Assembly: GCA_963809565.1 (NCBI GenBank)
Contig: CAWEKE010000001.1
Location: 239,452 to 303,451 of the forward strand
Source of the DNA: an uncultured Gammaproteobacteria bacterium
GTDB lineage: Bacteria > Pseudomonadota > Gammaproteobacteria > Steroidobacterales > XN24
Reading direction: 5' to 3'
DNA length: 64,000 nt
A model generated the notes under the pieces. It did no database searches and had not been told where the DNA came from. It worked only from the letters and a program-made list of their open reading frames with translations. Made by a program: the position numbers and the translations under genes. Positions 52,019 through 62,587 of the stretch are shown here, piece by piece (the first letter of the stretch is position 1; the number at the start of each line of letters is the position of its first letter).

Positions 52019-53533
52019 TTACAACTTGCGGCCCGACTCTTCATCCCGCTCTGCCCGTCGCGCGATGGCGGTAGTGAGACCCTTGAACAAGAATAAATGC
52101 GCCGGTAGCAAGGCATACCAGTACAACAGGCCCAATGGCCCGGCCGGATGCCAGTAGGCTGTGGCGCTGACCGCTCGTTTGCCGTCCAGGTCACGGATCA
52201 CGAATTCCAGCACACCCGCACCTGGCGCTTTCATTTCCATCAACAAGGTCAGCTTCTTTTCTGGCTCTACCGCGATGGCGCGCCACGAATCCACCACGTC
52301 ACCGACGCGCAAGTCGTCCGGGTGGCGCCGGCGACGGCGGAAGCTGGGCCCTCCTACCGACCAGTCCATCAAGCGACGCAGAAACCAGAGAAAGTCTGCG
52401 TAGTAGTAGCCTCGCTTGCCACCGAAGGCCGTCACCTGCCGCCACAACGCGTCCGCGCTGGCGCTGGTGACGGCCTCATCTCCGGCCTTCTTTGCGTAGA
52501 ACGCATATTCGGGATGAAAGTTACGACACACAATGGATCCCTCTACCCAGTGGGCAACCACCGCGTTTTCCTGCTCGGCCTGCATCGCCGCACGCACGGA
52601 TTGTTTGAAATCCATCAGCTGCATCGGGATCAGCGCGCGGATATCCGCGTCATCAGCGATCACGTCATGCTCGAGCCCGTCGATCAACGCGCGGGCGATA
52701 TTTGTCGGTACGGCGGTGACAAATCGGAGCCAGTAAGAAGACAAACGCGGCGTCAGTACCGGCAGGCTGAGCAAGCGAAAATGCCTGCCGGCCAGCTCGC
52801 CGTATTGGCGCATCAACTGTTCATAGGTGAGGACTTCCGGTCCGCCAACGTCGTAGGTCTTACCTGCCGCCTCGGGCAATGCCGCAACCCCGGCGAGATA
52901 ATCCAGCAGGTTGTCGAGCGCGATAGGCGTGGATCGCGATTGAACCCAGCGCGGGGTAATCATCAGCGGCAAATAATTGACCAGATCACGGATCACCTCG
53001 TAGGCGGCCGAGCCGGGCCCGACGATCATCCCTGCGCGGATCTCGGTGACCGGCACCGGCCCCTGGCGCAGGACATCACCGGTTGCCGCGCGGGAAGCGA
53101 GATGCTGGGATTTCGGCCGCTCAGGAATCAACCCGCCCAGATAGACAATGCGGGACACTCCGGCTTTGGCGGCCGCGCTGGCAAAATTGCGCGCCGCTTC
53201 AATGTCCAGGTCGGCAAAGCGGCTCCCGGCGGCCATGGAGTGCACCAGGTAGAAGGCAACATCCACGCCAGTCAGGACTGCGTCGAGACTCTGCGGACGC
53301 AACGCGTCTGCCTCGACCAGGTCGACGTCCTGCCAACTGCGCGCCTCCAGCACTTCGCGATGCCGGGCCGCGGCGCGCACCCGCCAACCCCCGGCCAGCA
53401 GGCGCGGGGTCAGATTGGTACCGATGTAGCCACTGGCGCCAAACACCAGGGCAAGCCCCAGGGGCGGTGCGGCCCGGGCCGCGCCAGCGCCTGGCCCGGG
53501 CCGCACCGGGGTCGCCGGCTGAGTTGTCTCCAT
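52019..53533 (-). CDS. NAD(P)-binding SDR-family protein with C-terminal DUF2867-like domain
   Basis: Rossmann motif LVFGASGYIGTNLTPRLL. The long C-terminal extension is typical of SDR + DUF2867 fusions. Confidence 0.75.
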   Translation of the reverse strand: METTQPATPVRPGPGAGAARAAPPLGLALVFGASGYIGTNLTPRLLAGGWRVRAAARHREVLEARSWQDVDLVEADALRPQSLDAVLTGVDVAFYLVHSMAAGSRFADLDIEAARNFASAAAKAGVSRIVYLGGLIPERPKSQHLASRAATGDVLRQGPVPVTEIRAGMIVGPGSAAYEVIRDLVNYLPLMITPRWVQSRSTPIALDNLLDYLAGVAALPEAAGKTYDVGGPEVLTYEQLMRQYGELAGRHFRLLSLPVLTPRLSSYWLRFVTAVPTNIARALIDGLEHDVIADDADIRALIPMQLMDFKQSVRAAMQAEQENAVVAHWVEGSIVCRNFHPEYAFYAKKAGDEAVTSASADALWRQVTAFGGKRGYYYADFLWFLRRLMDWSVGGPSFRRRRRHPDDLRVGDVVDSWRAIAVEPEKKLTLLMEMKAPGAGVLEFVIRDLDGKRAVSATAYWHPAGPLGLLYWYALLPAHLFLFKGLTTAIARRAERDEESGRKL

Positions 53534-53719
53534 GTGTAAGTCTCTCCGTATTACAACCTGCAGTCAGCCGGCTGGCAGTAAAGACGCCTGCTCACCGCCT
53601 CGGTCGGCTCTGGATGGGCCAACATTCCAGTACAATGGCGATTAGCCAGCCCGCGTTCAATATGCGCAAGTTTGCCAGACCGTCTGTTCCCAGCCCGCCC
53701 AACGTGCAGTCGAACCATC

Positions 53720-55039
53720 ATGCCGGACACTCTGCTAAAGACCAATCCGCTGCGCAGCGAGCTCTACGAGGAACTGCACGCGCGACCGTTTCCCGAGATC
53801 GCCGCGCCCGCCTGCGTATCGCATATCGCGATTCCAGCGGAGGGTGTCGATATTCCTGCTCACATTGCGCACCTGTCCGAACTTGCCCGGCGCTACAGCA
53901 CCAACCCACCGTCGGCGGACGCCGGATGCTACTACCAGACGTTTCCCGGATTCGAGCTGCGCTGGGAGCGCCACACCGAGTTTTGCACTTACACCTTTAT
54001 CCGCAACCGCTGTGAAGCGACGCCGTTTGCGCGGACCGCGATGGAATTGCTGCCAATCGACTGGCGCGCGGCCGGGCCCGGCCACAGCGTCGCCGCCGCG
54101 CATCTGGTCATGCTGCCAGGCGAACCGCCCGAGCCGCACGTTGAATCGATGCGCGAGATGTTTGAGGAGCAGCTGGTCTTTGGCAGCAATATCGTCGATC
54201 GGCGCGCAGCGATCTTCACCAGTTTCCGCCTGCACAGCGATGGCTTTGCCCGCTTCCTGGTTTACAACCGTCAACTCAGCGACTTTCAGGCCGGACGCAC
54301 GACCCAGCGGGTGCTCGAGGTAGAAACCTATCGCATCATGGCCTTGCTCGGCTTTCCCGTGGCCAAGGCGATATGGCCCCGGGCGCAACGCATAGACGCC
54401 CAACTCGGGGACATCATTGAAGACAATTCGCGCCTCCAGTCTGCCGCAGACGAGCGCACCATGTTGAACAGGATCAGCGGGCTGGCGGACGAAATCGAGC
54501 ATTTTCGCAGTCGGACCAATTACCGCTTCTCCGCGACACGCGCCTATCACCACCTGGTGACTCGCCGTCTCGCCGATCTGCGCGAGGAAGCGTTGCCCGG
54601 GATGTCGAGTCTGGCCAAGTTTGTCGACCGCCGGCTGTCGCCTGCCGTGGACACCTGCAGTGCGCTGGAAGAACATCTCAAGGACATGTCGAAACGCGTG
54701 GCAAGAGCGACGGAAATGCTGCGCACCCGGGTCGAGATGACCATCGAGACCCAGAACCAGAATCTGCTGGAAGGCCTGAACCGGCGTGGGCAGCAGCAGA
54801 TCAAACTGCAGCAGACGGTAGAAGGCCTTTCCGTGGCGGCAATCAGTTATTACGTGGTCGGCTTGCTGCATACGGGGATCAAGGCTGGCGCGGATGCCGG
54901 CTGGCCGGTGAACGTTGAGATCGCCACCGGGGTCCTGGTGTTGCCGGTCGTGGCCGCGGTCTGGTGGCTGATCCGCCTGCGCCGCCGCCGGATCCAGGGG
55001 GATATCGACAGTAAGGCCGGCAACGGGGACAGCGATTGA
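53720..55039 (+). CDS. DUF3422-family membrane-anchored protein
   Basis: N-terminus NPLRSELYEELHARPFPEI.., long helical middle region, two C-terminal TM segments. Start chosen at ATG 53720. Confidence 0.7.
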   Translation: MPDTLLKTNPLRSELYEELHARPFPEIAAPACVSHIAIPAEGVDIPAHIAHLSELARRYSTNPPSADAGCYYQTFPGFELRWERHTEFCTYTFIRNRCEATPFARTAMELLPIDWRAAGPGHSVAAAHLVMLPGEPPEPHVESMREMFEEQLVFGSNIVDRRAAIFTSFRLHSDGFARFLVYNRQLSDFQAGRTTQRVLEVETYRIMALLGFPVAKAIWPRAQRIDAQLGDIIEDNSRLQSAADERTMLNRISGLADEIEHFRSRTNYRFSATRAYHHLVTRRLADLREEALPGMSSLAKFVDRRLSPAVDTCSALEEHLKDMSKRVARATEMLRTRVEMTIETQNQNLLEGLNRRGQQQIKLQQTVEGLSVAAISYYVVGLLHTGIKAGADAGWPVNVEIATGVLVLPVVAAVWWLIRLRRRRIQGDIDSKAGNGDSD

Positions 55040-55183
55040 TCGGACGCCGACGGCGGTGGACGCTCGCGGTCCGCGGCCGCAGTTCAGATCACCATTGTTT
55101 CCATCATCGCTGCTGGCCAGGACCGGCCACCGATCAGGCCAGTGCAGACGCCGAGAGTCGAATCGTGCGGGCCGCGACCCGAT

Positions 55184-55212
55184 AAAAAAGTCCCCGCCCA
55201 CCGGGCGGGGAC
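55184..55212 (-). terminator. rho-independent terminator for the DUF4397 gene
   Basis: Minus strand reads GTCCCCGCCC-ggt-GGGCGGGGAC followed by TTTTTT. Confidence 0.7.
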
Positions 55213-55239
55213 AAACGTTGCGCTCTCGGGGCAGAGCGA

Positions 55240-56598
55240 CTAGGGAACAAAATCGTCCATCAGGATCAGGCCGAGTGGCGCACCGCCACCCGCGGCATCG
55301 CGGGCAATAGCGGTGTAGATGCCACCGCCGGCGACCGAGATAGCGGCCGGACCGATGGCCGGCGTCTTGGTCCCGGTCGGCACAACGGTAACCTCATAGT
55401 CTCCGGCAGCCAGGGACAAGAACCCGGTGTTGGCCTTGAACGGAACATTGGTCAGGTTCGCAGCGGGCGAAACCGTATTGATGTCGGTGCCCGGAGCGGT
55501 GACGTAGATGTCCACGTTCTGCGCAGCCGGTGAAGCATGGATGATCCGAACCTTCGCTTCGGTAGCAACCCGGCGGGGATCATCAGCGGCGATCAGCGGC
55601 TCCAGACTGGCCAGTTCGCCGACCGCCAGTACGGTGTAGCGGGTCGCGGCGTCGAGGGTGACGTCGACATCGATCGGGACCAGGGTCTGGGTAGCTGCGT
55701 CGGTCACTTTGACGTTGTAGCTGGCCGCCGGAACGCTGGCATACGGCGTGAAGTCGGGGAACGTGAGGTCGCTCACCAGAGGCGCGGCAAAATCGTCATT
55801 GACCACGACGTCGACCGCCGGCGCATCGGGGGACGCATGGACGAAGCGGAGGTCAGCGGGAGTAGCGCTGTCGAACAGTTCCGCGGAACCGGTGCCGTCC
55901 TGAAGCACCAGGCTGATCGGCGACGCGCCGGTGGCGGTATTCTCCACAGCAGTCAGCAGCAGGTTGGCGCCATCGGTCAAGGTAATGGTGCCGGAATCGA
56001 ACACGACGGCGGCGGGGTCGCCGGCGGCGGTAACCCGGGCCTGGTATTCGGTGGCGGGCACTTCTACCGGACCGAGGTCTTCGCCGAAAGCAAAGCTGCC
56101 GACCGGCGTCACCGTGCTCAGATCGACACCCGGCGCGGTCAGGTAAACATCAACCGGGGGGGCCAGCGGTGCGGCATGAACCACGCGCAGACGCGTCGAC
56201 CCTGCCGGGACGGCAGTCGCGGGCTGGTCCAGCACCAGCGGCTGGATATTGGCGACATCGCCGATGGCGATGATGCTGTAGAGCGTGTCCGCGGCGAAGG
56301 TCAGATCGACCGGCCCGATCACGGTTGCGGTGCCTCCGGGCACGATACCGTCGACCTGCACACTGTAGGTGCCGGCGTCGAGCTCGATCACGCCGGTCCC
56401 GGATTTGTAGTCGACGTCCGGGATGGTCGCCGCGCCGACAACCAGATTGACGGCCGGAGCATCAGGGGAAGCATGCAGGGCCTGGATATTAGTGGTCTGC
56501 GTCTCGTTTGCTGCCGGAGGAGGTCCGTCGCTGGAACCTCCGCAGCCGGCCAGCAACAGGAGAGCACCTGCGGTGGCGATGTGTTTGCGGTAATTCAT
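55240..56598 (-). CDS. DUF4397-repeat lipoprotein
   Basis: Lipobox LLLAGCGG. Repeated (R)VxHASPDAPAVDVxV / DIYVTAPG modules. Confidence 0.8.
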   Translation of the reverse strand: MNYRKHIATAGALLLLAGCGGSSDGPPPAANETQTTNIQALHASPDAPAVNLVVGAATIPDVDYKSGTGVIELDAGTYSVQVDGIVPGGTATVIGPVDLTFAADTLYSIIAIGDVANIQPLVLDQPATAVPAGSTRLRVVHAAPLAPPVDVYLTAPGVDLSTVTPVGSFAFGEDLGPVEVPATEYQARVTAAGDPAAVVFDSGTITLTDGANLLLTAVENTATGASPISLVLQDGTGSAELFDSATPADLRFVHASPDAPAVDVVVNDDFAAPLVSDLTFPDFTPYASVPAASYNVKVTDAATQTLVPIDVDVTLDAATRYTVLAVGELASLEPLIAADDPRRVATEAKVRIIHASPAAQNVDIYVTAPGTDINTVSPAANLTNVPFKANTGFLSLAAGDYEVTVVPTGTKTPAIGPAAISVAGGGIYTAIARDAAGGGAPLGLILMDDFVP

Positions 56599-56767
56599 TG
56601 GTCATTCCCGTTTTTGTATGTGGAGTTTCAGCGGTGGATAAATCGTCGAGGGGGAGTTTGCCCTGCTCCCGCAGGCATTGGGTTTCAGCTCCGTAACGAT
56701 TTGTAACGATTGGTAACAGCCGCAAGCAGAGGCGCCGCCGGGCCTGATATCAGGGTAAGATTCATGC

Positions 56768-57466
56768 ATGATCAGAGTGCTATTGATTGATGACGACGAG
56801 CGCCACTCCGAACTGCTGAAGACCTTTCTCAGCCGCTATGGAATCCAGCTCGATTGCGCCCCCGAAGCCGAGTCGGGTCTGGCGAAACTCGAGGCCAATA
56901 GTCCGGATCTGTTGTTGCTCGACGTGATGCTCCCGGGGAAGGACGGCTTCGAGATTTGCCGCGAGGTTCGCAAGACCAGCGACATCCCGATCATCATGCT
57001 CACCGCTCGCGGCGACGTCATCGACCGGGTCTCGGGTCTCGAGCTGGGTGCCGACGACTACATTGGCAAACCTTTCGAGCCGCGCGAGCTGGTCGCCCGG
57101 ATCCAGACGATTCTGCGTCGTATCGGGGCACGCACGGACGATGACTCCACTACGCTGCGTTTTGATGGCATCACGGTCGATACCGATGCGCGCACGGTCG
57201 CGATCGAAGGGGAGATCATTGACTTGACCTCAATGGAGTACGAGTTGCTGAACCTGCTGGCGCGTAACGCAGGCAAGAAGATGTCGCGAGATGAGATTCT
57301 GTCCGAACTGCGCGGTATCGATGCACACATCCAGACTCGCTCCGTCGACATCATGGTGAGTCGGGTGCGTCAGAAGATCGGGGACACTGCCAAGCCGCCG
57401 CGTTTTATCCAGACCGTCTGGGGCCGCGGCTATGTATTCGTCGGGCGTCGCAGCAAACATGTTTAG
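56768..57466 (+). CDS. OmpR-family response regulator (CpxR-like)
   Basis: Receiver domain (LLIDDD.., LLLLDVMLPGKDG, MLTARGDVIDRVSGLELGADDYIGKPFEPRELVARIQTILRR) plus a wHTH output domain (..VWGRGYVF). Confidence 0.95.
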   Translation: MIRVLLIDDDERHSELLKTFLSRYGIQLDCAPEAESGLAKLEANSPDLLLLDVMLPGKDGFEICREVRKTSDIPIIMLTARGDVIDRVSGLELGADDYIGKPFEPRELVARIQTILRRIGARTDDDSTTLRFDGITVDTDARTVAIEGEIIDLTSMEYELLNLLARNAGKKMSRDEILSELRGIDAHIQTRSVDIMVSRVRQKIGDTAKPPRFIQTVWGRGYVFVGRRSKHV

Positions 57467-58802
57467 GCGGCTCGCGCGGTCGCTGTCATTTCGACTGCTG
57501 GCGATCTTCCTGGTGATGGGGGCTCTGTTCGCGTACGGCGCGATTCTCGGCATCCGCTGGGTCTACGCGACTGATCAGCTGCGCGAACTGGTCAGCGGCC
57601 ACCTTTCTCTGCATGTCGAGTACGTAAAGAGCGATATCGGCAACCCGCCACGGATCACTAACGCGCTGGAGATCACCAGGAAGGTGCCGGTGGACATTCG
57701 CATCACAGGGCCCGAGCTGGACTGGGCCTCGGATGCCGCGTTTCCAAGGCTCGAGCAACTGGAGTTCGGCAGAGCCGGCGTATTCAGCGAAGAAACCGAG
57801 GCGTGGCTGCGAGGGGTAGACGGGGTCCAGTTTGCGTCTGATGGCGGGCACGGCTATCTGAAGATCGATCAGGACCCGTACGCGATCATCGTGTCGACGC
57901 CGAAGATCTCTGACCAGGCCGTGGTCCGTCAGCTTACCCCGATCATCATGGGCTTCGGTCTGTTCCTGGTCCTGCTGGCCTATCTGGCCGTGCGCTGGCT
58001 GTTCAAACCGATAGGCGCGATCCAGCACGGTGCGGCTGAGATCGGCAGCGGCAACTTTCAGTACCGGATTACCGATATCCGCCGCGATCAGCTTGGTGAT
58101 CTGGCCACCGATATCAATCAGATGGCTGACGACGTTCAGCGCATGCTCGATGCCAAACGCCAGCTGCTGCTCGGCATCAGCCACGAACTACGCTCACCTC
58201 TTTCGCGTCTGACTCTGGCGCTGGCGCTTGCCGACGACACGCCAGGTATTGAGGGCCTGAAGCAAGACGTCAGGGAGATGGAGAAAATCATCACCACGCT
58301 GCTCGAAGCCGAGCGCCTGAACAGCCGCCATGCGGGGCTTAGCTTGTCGCGGGTATCGGCTGCGGAGCTCGCCGGCAGCCTGGTGGATAATTTCTTCAGT
58401 CGGGAACGGGAGCGTATCCGCTTGTTCGCGCCGGATTCGCTGTGGATCAATGTGGATGAGGCTCGAGCGACGCTGATGCTGAAAAATCTGGTCAGCAACG
58501 CGCTGCGGTATTCGAGCCCCGAGGATGGTCCGGTTTCCGTCGAGTTCGAATTGGCTGAAGACGCGTGGATTATTCGCGTTCGAGATCATGGCCCCGGAAT
58601 CCCGGACACGCAGGTCGAGTTCATTGGCGAACCGTTTTACCGCGGCGACCCCTCCCGGACCCGCCATACCGGCGGCAGTGGTCTCGGCCTGTATCTGGCG
58701 AGGCTTGTAGCCGAGGCGCATGACGGGACCCTCGAACTCGACCGCAGCTATCGAGACGGCGCCTGTTTTGTGGTGAGGCTCCCGTTCGAGCTGCGGCACT
58801 AG
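57459..58802 (+). CDS. sensor histidine kinase (HAMP-HisKA-HATPase)
   Basis: Two TM segments, a HAMP-like segment, H-box SHELRSPLSRL, N-box NLVSNALRYS, G-boxes DHGPGIP and GGSGLGLYLAR. The start overlaps the response-regulator stop by 8 nt. Confidence 0.9.
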   Translation: MFRRLARSLSFRLLAIFLVMGALFAYGAILGIRWVYATDQLRELVSGHLSLHVEYVKSDIGNPPRITNALEITRKVPVDIRITGPELDWASDAAFPRLEQLEFGRAGVFSEETEAWLRGVDGVQFASDGGHGYLKIDQDPYAIIVSTPKISDQAVVRQLTPIIMGFGLFLVLLAYLAVRWLFKPIGAIQHGAAEIGSGNFQYRITDIRRDQLGDLATDINQMADDVQRMLDAKRQLLLGISHELRSPLSRLTLALALADDTPGIEGLKQDVREMEKIITTLLEAERLNSRHAGLSLSRVSAAELAGSLVDNFFSRERERIRLFAPDSLWINVDEARATLMLKNLVSNALRYSSPEDGPVSVEFELAEDAWIIRVRDHGPGIPDTQVEFIGEPFYRGDPSRTRHTGGSGLGLYLARLVAEAHDGTLELDRSYRDGACFVVRLPFELRH

Positions 58803-58850
58803 ATGACCGGCAGGTCCTCTATTGAAGCCCCGGCACCCGTATTGTCCTGA

Positions 58851-58863
58851 TTGTCAAAGACAA
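58851..58863. promoter_or_regulatory. candidate TetR operator: palindrome TTGTC-AAA-GACAA
   Basis: Lies 45 nt upstream of the TetR-family gene. An adjacent direct repeat ATTGTC occurs at 58841 and 58850. Confidence 0.3.
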
Positions 58864-58907
58864 CGCGGGATGGTAATTTGTACCGAACGTTCTAACTGAG
58901 AGCCGCG

Positions 58908-59471
58908 ATGCCCGCAGCGCTGATGCCAAAAACGGAAGTATTGGACCGCCTGACCACGGTATTCCGGGAATATGGCTATGACGGGGCCAGCATCGCCAGA
59001 TTGTCGGCCGCCACGGGTCTGGGCAAAGCCAGCCTCTATCACTACTTCAAGGGCGGAAAACAGGAAATGGCCGGCGCCGTGCTGGCCCACGTCGGCAGCA
59101 GGTTCAGCACTCTGGTCATCGCCCCGCTCAAGCAACGCGCCGACCCCGAGCGGCGGCTGCGCGTAATGACCGACGGCTTGAACGAGTTTTACAACCAGGG
59201 CGGCGCTTCGTGCACGCTGGACCTGTTCGGCTTCGGCAGCGCCGGCGAGCTGTTCCAGCCCCAGCTCAAGGGTTCGATCCATCGCTTCCGGAACGCGCTG
59301 GCCGAGGTCATACAAGCAGCTGGCCTGGAACACGCAGCAGCCGAAACGCGGGCCGAAGACGCCATAGTTGCGATTCAGGGCGCTCTGGTGCTCGGCCGTG
59401 CCACTGGTGAAAAAAGCGTGTTCCAGCGAGTGTTGAGAGAACTGCCGGACCGGCTGCTCCAGCCGGCCTGA
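58908..59471 (+). CDS. TetR/AcrR-family transcriptional regulator
   Basis: N-terminal HTH: FREYGYDGASIARLSAATGLGKASLYHYFKGGKQEM. Confidence 0.9.
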   Translation: MPAALMPKTEVLDRLTTVFREYGYDGASIARLSAATGLGKASLYHYFKGGKQEMAGAVLAHVGSRFSTLVIAPLKQRADPERRLRVMTDGLNEFYNQGGASCTLDLFGFGSAGELFQPQLKGSIHRFRNALAEVIQAAGLEHAAAETRAEDAIVAIQGALVLGRATGEKSVFQRVLRELPDRLLQPA

Positions 59472-59501
59472 GCGATCCGCTGCAATCCGCTCCGGGGATG
59501 A

Positions 59502-60692
59502 CTAATCTCCGGCAGCAACCCTCGGATCAGCCGCTGGCAATGCCGCCCTGAGCACGAAATACCCGGCCGCGCCAGACAGCAGCGAGCCGATGATGATGCC
59601 CAGACGCTCATCAAACAGCTGATTCAGGCCCGTATTCTCGAACGCGAGCGAACTGATAAACATACTCATCGTGAAACCCACACCGCACAACAGACCCACG
59701 CCATAGATATGCAGCCACGACAGCTCCCTGGGTAAGCGAGCCAGGCCTGTCAGCACCCCCAGCCAGGCGAACAGAACCACCCCGACCTGCTTGCCGAAGA
59801 ACAAGCCTGCGAACACGCCCAGCGGAACCGGGTGCAGCAAATATTCAAGCGTGACTCCGCCGAGTGGAATGCCGGCGTTGGCAAACGCAAACACCGGCAG
59901 GATGCCGAAAGCCACCGCGGTGTGCAGATCGTGCTCCAGATCGTGTAGCGGCGAGGGCTCTTTCTCGGAGTCACGGATCGGGATAAAGAACGCCAGCACA
60001 ACGCCAGCCAGAGTCGCGTGAACGCCGGATTTCAGCAAGGCAGCCCACATCACCAGCCCGATCAGCAGATACGGCGTCAGTTCAAGGACCTTGCGGCGAT
60101 TCAGAAAATAAAGCAGCGGCAGACATCCGGCCGCGACCGTCAGGCCGGTCAAAGACAGGTCACTGGTATAGAACAACGCGATGATGGCGATCGCACCGAC
60201 GTCGTCGAAGATAGCGATCGACACCAGCAGGACACGCAGCGACAACGGAACCCGGTCACCGAGCAAGGCCAGAATAGCGAGTGCAAAAGCGATGTCCGTT
60301 GCGGCCGGTATCGCCCAGCCCTGCAAGGCCGCTGGATCCCCCAGATTGATCCAGGCGTAAATGAGCGCCGGAATCAGCATGCCGCCGATCGCGGCCAGCG
60401 CGGGCAAGACAATCTGGCTGGAGTCGGACAGCTCTCCATCGATAAACTCGCGCTTGAGCTCAAGGCCAACCACCAGGAAGAACACTGCCATCAGGCCATC
60501 GTTGACCCAAAGCAGCAAGGGCTTTGCAATCTCGAAAGTGCCGATCCGGATTTCGACCGGGATGTTCAGCAGGGAGCCATACAGACCACCCAACGGCGAG
60601 TTCGCGACGATCATGGCCAGCGCGGCGGCGCCTACCAGAAGGATGCCGCTGGCGGTCTCCAGCTTCAGAAAGTCGCGTAGTCCTTTTAGCAT
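59502..60692 (-). CDS. nhaA: Na+/H+ antiporter NhaA
   Basis: Collinear with E. coli NhaA as recalled: [89 protein letters not shown] lies 6 nt upstream of ATG 60692. Confidence 0.95.
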   Translation of the reverse strand: MLKGLRDFLKLETASGILLVGAAALAMIVANSPLGGLYGSLLNIPVEIRIGTFEIAKPLLLWVNDGLMAVFFLVVGLELKREFIDGELSDSSQIVLPALAAIGGMLIPALIYAWINLGDPAALQGWAIPAATDIAFALAILALLGDRVPLSLRVLLVSIAIFDDVGAIAIIALFYTSDLSLTGLTVAAGCLPLLYFLNRRKVLELTPYLLIGLVMWAALLKSGVHATLAGVVLAFFIPIRDSEKEPSPLHDLEHDLHTAVAFGILPVFAFANAGIPLGGVTLEYLLHPVPLGVFAGLFFGKQVGVVLFAWLGVLTGLARLPRELSWLHIYGVGLLCGVGFTMSMFISSLAFENTGLNQLFDERLGIIIGSLLSGAAGYFVLRAALPAADPRVAAGD

Positions 60693-60743
60693 TGGATCTC
60701 CAACAACGATAAGCAAGCACAGCCTCGGCGACTCGAGCCACAA

Positions 60744-60761
60744 GGCGCTGTGCACAGCGCC
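60744..60761. promoter_or_regulatory. perfect 18-bp palindrome GGCGCTGTGCACAGCGCC upstream of nhaA
   Basis: Directly visible, 52 nt upstream of the nhaA start in the nhaA/csp divergent region. Possible regulator site or hairpin. Confidence 0.3.
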
Positions 60762-61051
60762 GCCCAGGCGTCGCGCAGCGACGATTATCTCAGGACTTCC
60801 CATGTACGGCACGAGGCGGACTGCTGATGCCGCCCCGATCCCGGTTTGCCAGGCCACCACCGCTCGAATCCGTCGGCTTGCGGCTTGCTTTGCGACGCAA
60901 CATCCCTCACACTGCGCCCGCGATCTACGTTTTGGCCTGCCTTTCAGCTATCCGCCTGGTTCCCGGGCGTTCGTTTCAAGCCACCCACTACGACCAGGTT
61001 GTTCGTTACCGCGCCCGATTTGCGCGCGGCTTTTTGATATGGAGGCCAAAC

Positions 61052-61255
61052 ATGGCTATTGGAACTGTAAAGTGGTTCGACCCCGCCAAGGGATTCGGAT
61101 TCATCCAGCCGGAGTCCGGTGATAAAGACGTTTTCGTGCACGTGAGCGCCGTTGAGCGTTCTGGCATGGGCTCACTGGCCGAAGGCCAGCGCGTCAGCTA
61201 CGACGTCGTCACCGAGCGTGGCAAACAGGCAGCCGACAACCTGAAAGCTGCCTGA
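61052..61255 (+). CDS. cold-shock protein (CspA family)
   Basis: GGAGG lies 6 nt upstream. [34 protein letters not shown].. contains the RNP1 and RNP2 motifs. 67 aa. Confidence 0.95.
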   Translation: MAIGTVKWFDPAKGFGFIQPESGDKDVFVHVSAVERSGMGSLAEGQRVSYDVVTERGKQAADNLKAA

Positions 61256-61297
61256 TTACGAAGTGTCGCGCCTTGACGGCGCACATCGAGTAACAAA

Positions 61298-61329
61298 AGG
61301 GGCGGTCCGGATGGACCGCCCCTTTTTTT
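61298..61329. terminator. rho-independent terminator (bidirectional) after csp
   Basis: AAAAGGGGCGGTCC-ggat-GGACCGCCCCTTTTTTT. Confidence 0.8.
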
Positions 61330-61383
61330 GCCCGAATGCTGCCGCCAGGACAACGACGAGCGCGGCAGCCGCGCAAATCATGT

Positions 61384-62067
61384 TCAGTATTGCGGCACGG
61401 CTGCCTTGCCCGGCACGCGCGCCGGGTCGATCAGGTCCAGATTGAACGTGATCCCGACCCGCGGCTTTTCGCCCATGTGCACGGCTACCGAATGTTCCAG
61501 GTAAGACGGGAACATCACCAGAACCCCCGAACGCGGCTGGACTGAGAATTCCAGTGCACTAAACGGTGTCTGCGCGGCGAACCCGCCGGGCTCATGCATG
61601 CGAAAACCGGCCTTGGGATCAAGGAAGGAAATCTTGGACGACGTCTTGTCCGCCGACACATAGTAAGTGCCGCTGATCAGGCTGTTGCGGTGCCGGTGCA
61701 ATTCGTGGCTCGAGCCAGTCACATTGATGGTGCCGAACATCAGGTTGAAATTGAGCGGTGGATCATCGATCGCATAACCCACGGCTCGGGCGAAAGCCCG
61801 GCCATGACGGAGGATATGTTCGGCGATCTCAGAAAAATCGGATTCCTGATGAATCTGGTTACGGCTGAAAAAAGAGGTGTATCCGATCCGGTACTCGCGC
61901 TCGCAGATTTCGATACCTTTTGGGTCATCGTCCCTCAGCGCCTCGATCTTGCGCACCAGGTCCAGATTGAATTCCTCATCGTCGACGACCGCCCGGATAT
62001 AGACGGGCACCGGGAATATCGGGAAAACGTGCTTTTGTGCTTCTTTCTCGGGAATCAGCTTGGACAT
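61384..62067 (-). CDS. TIGR02466-type 2OG-Fe(II) oxygenase-like protein (complete copy)
   Basis: HELHRHRNSLISGTYYV and GVLVMFPSYLEHSVAVHMGEKPRVGITFN. Paralogue of the truncated gene at 2-304. Confidence 0.8.
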   Translation of the reverse strand: MSKLIPEKEAQKHVFPIFPVPVYIRAVVDDEEFNLDLVRKIEALRDDDPKGIEICEREYRIGYTSFFSRNQIHQESDFSEIAEHILRHGRAFARAVGYAIDDPPLNFNLMFGTINVTGSSHELHRHRNSLISGTYYVSADKTSSKISFLDPKAGFRMHEPGGFAAQTPFSALEFSVQPRSGVLVMFPSYLEHSVAVHMGEKPRVGITFNLDLIDPARVPGKAAVPQY

Positions 62068-62203
62068 CTTGCTCGAGCGCCCCCAGCGGCCGTATTGGAA
62101 ATACCAGGTACCACATCAATAGCCGAAACATCCCGACCAGTGATAAGCCGCGACCTCAGCGGATCGAGCTTCGCGTCGGGGCGACTCGAGATTGATCGGA
62201 CAA

Positions 62204-62587
62204 CTAGGGCTCCTCGTCCGATACGCCCTCGGGCATCACGTAGGGCGTCGCAAACGGCGCGGGTGCCTGCAATACGATGCCCCCGCCCGGGCGCCCGATG
62301 TTGGCCTTGTCGCAGACGAAGTCGAACACCTCTTGTGCCTCGTTTTCTGCCACCAGCACCTCGACGATCCGTACCAGTTTCGGCACTGGCAACTTGCCGC
62401 GCCGGGATCTGGCTTCGGCCAGGATGGAGCTTCCGTAGCAAGAGATGCTATTGGCCCGAATGATGCCTTTCTCCTCGCGCAGGGCCCGCATCAGGGTCAG
62501 GTCGCTGCCGTCATCAGGCACCACAGCGGTAATCAACTTGCACGGCTCACCGGGAACCGACGGCAAGCGCATAACAGGCATGGTCAT
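62204..62587 (-). CDS. PII-like (GlnB-fold) small protein
   Basis: 127 aa, translationally coupled to the upstream gene by a 4-nt overlap. The pairing with DUF1538 genes recalls the 'P-II family nitrogen regulator' annotation. Sequence-level support is weak. Confidence 0.45.
   Translation of the reverse strand: MTMPVMRLPSVPGEPCKLITAVVPDDGSDLTLMRALREEKGIIRANSISCYGSSILAEARSRRGKLPVPKLVRIVEVLVAENEAQEVFDFVCDKANIGRPGGGIVLQAPAPFATPYVMPEGVSDEEP

Noticed and set aside
53735-55201. 488-aa minus-strand ORF covering the DUF3422 gene
   Set aside because: Shadow ORF. The plus-strand frame has the conserved DUF3422-like N-terminus and C-terminal TM helices, and a minus-strand terminator at 55184-55212 belongs to the DUF4397 gene instead.
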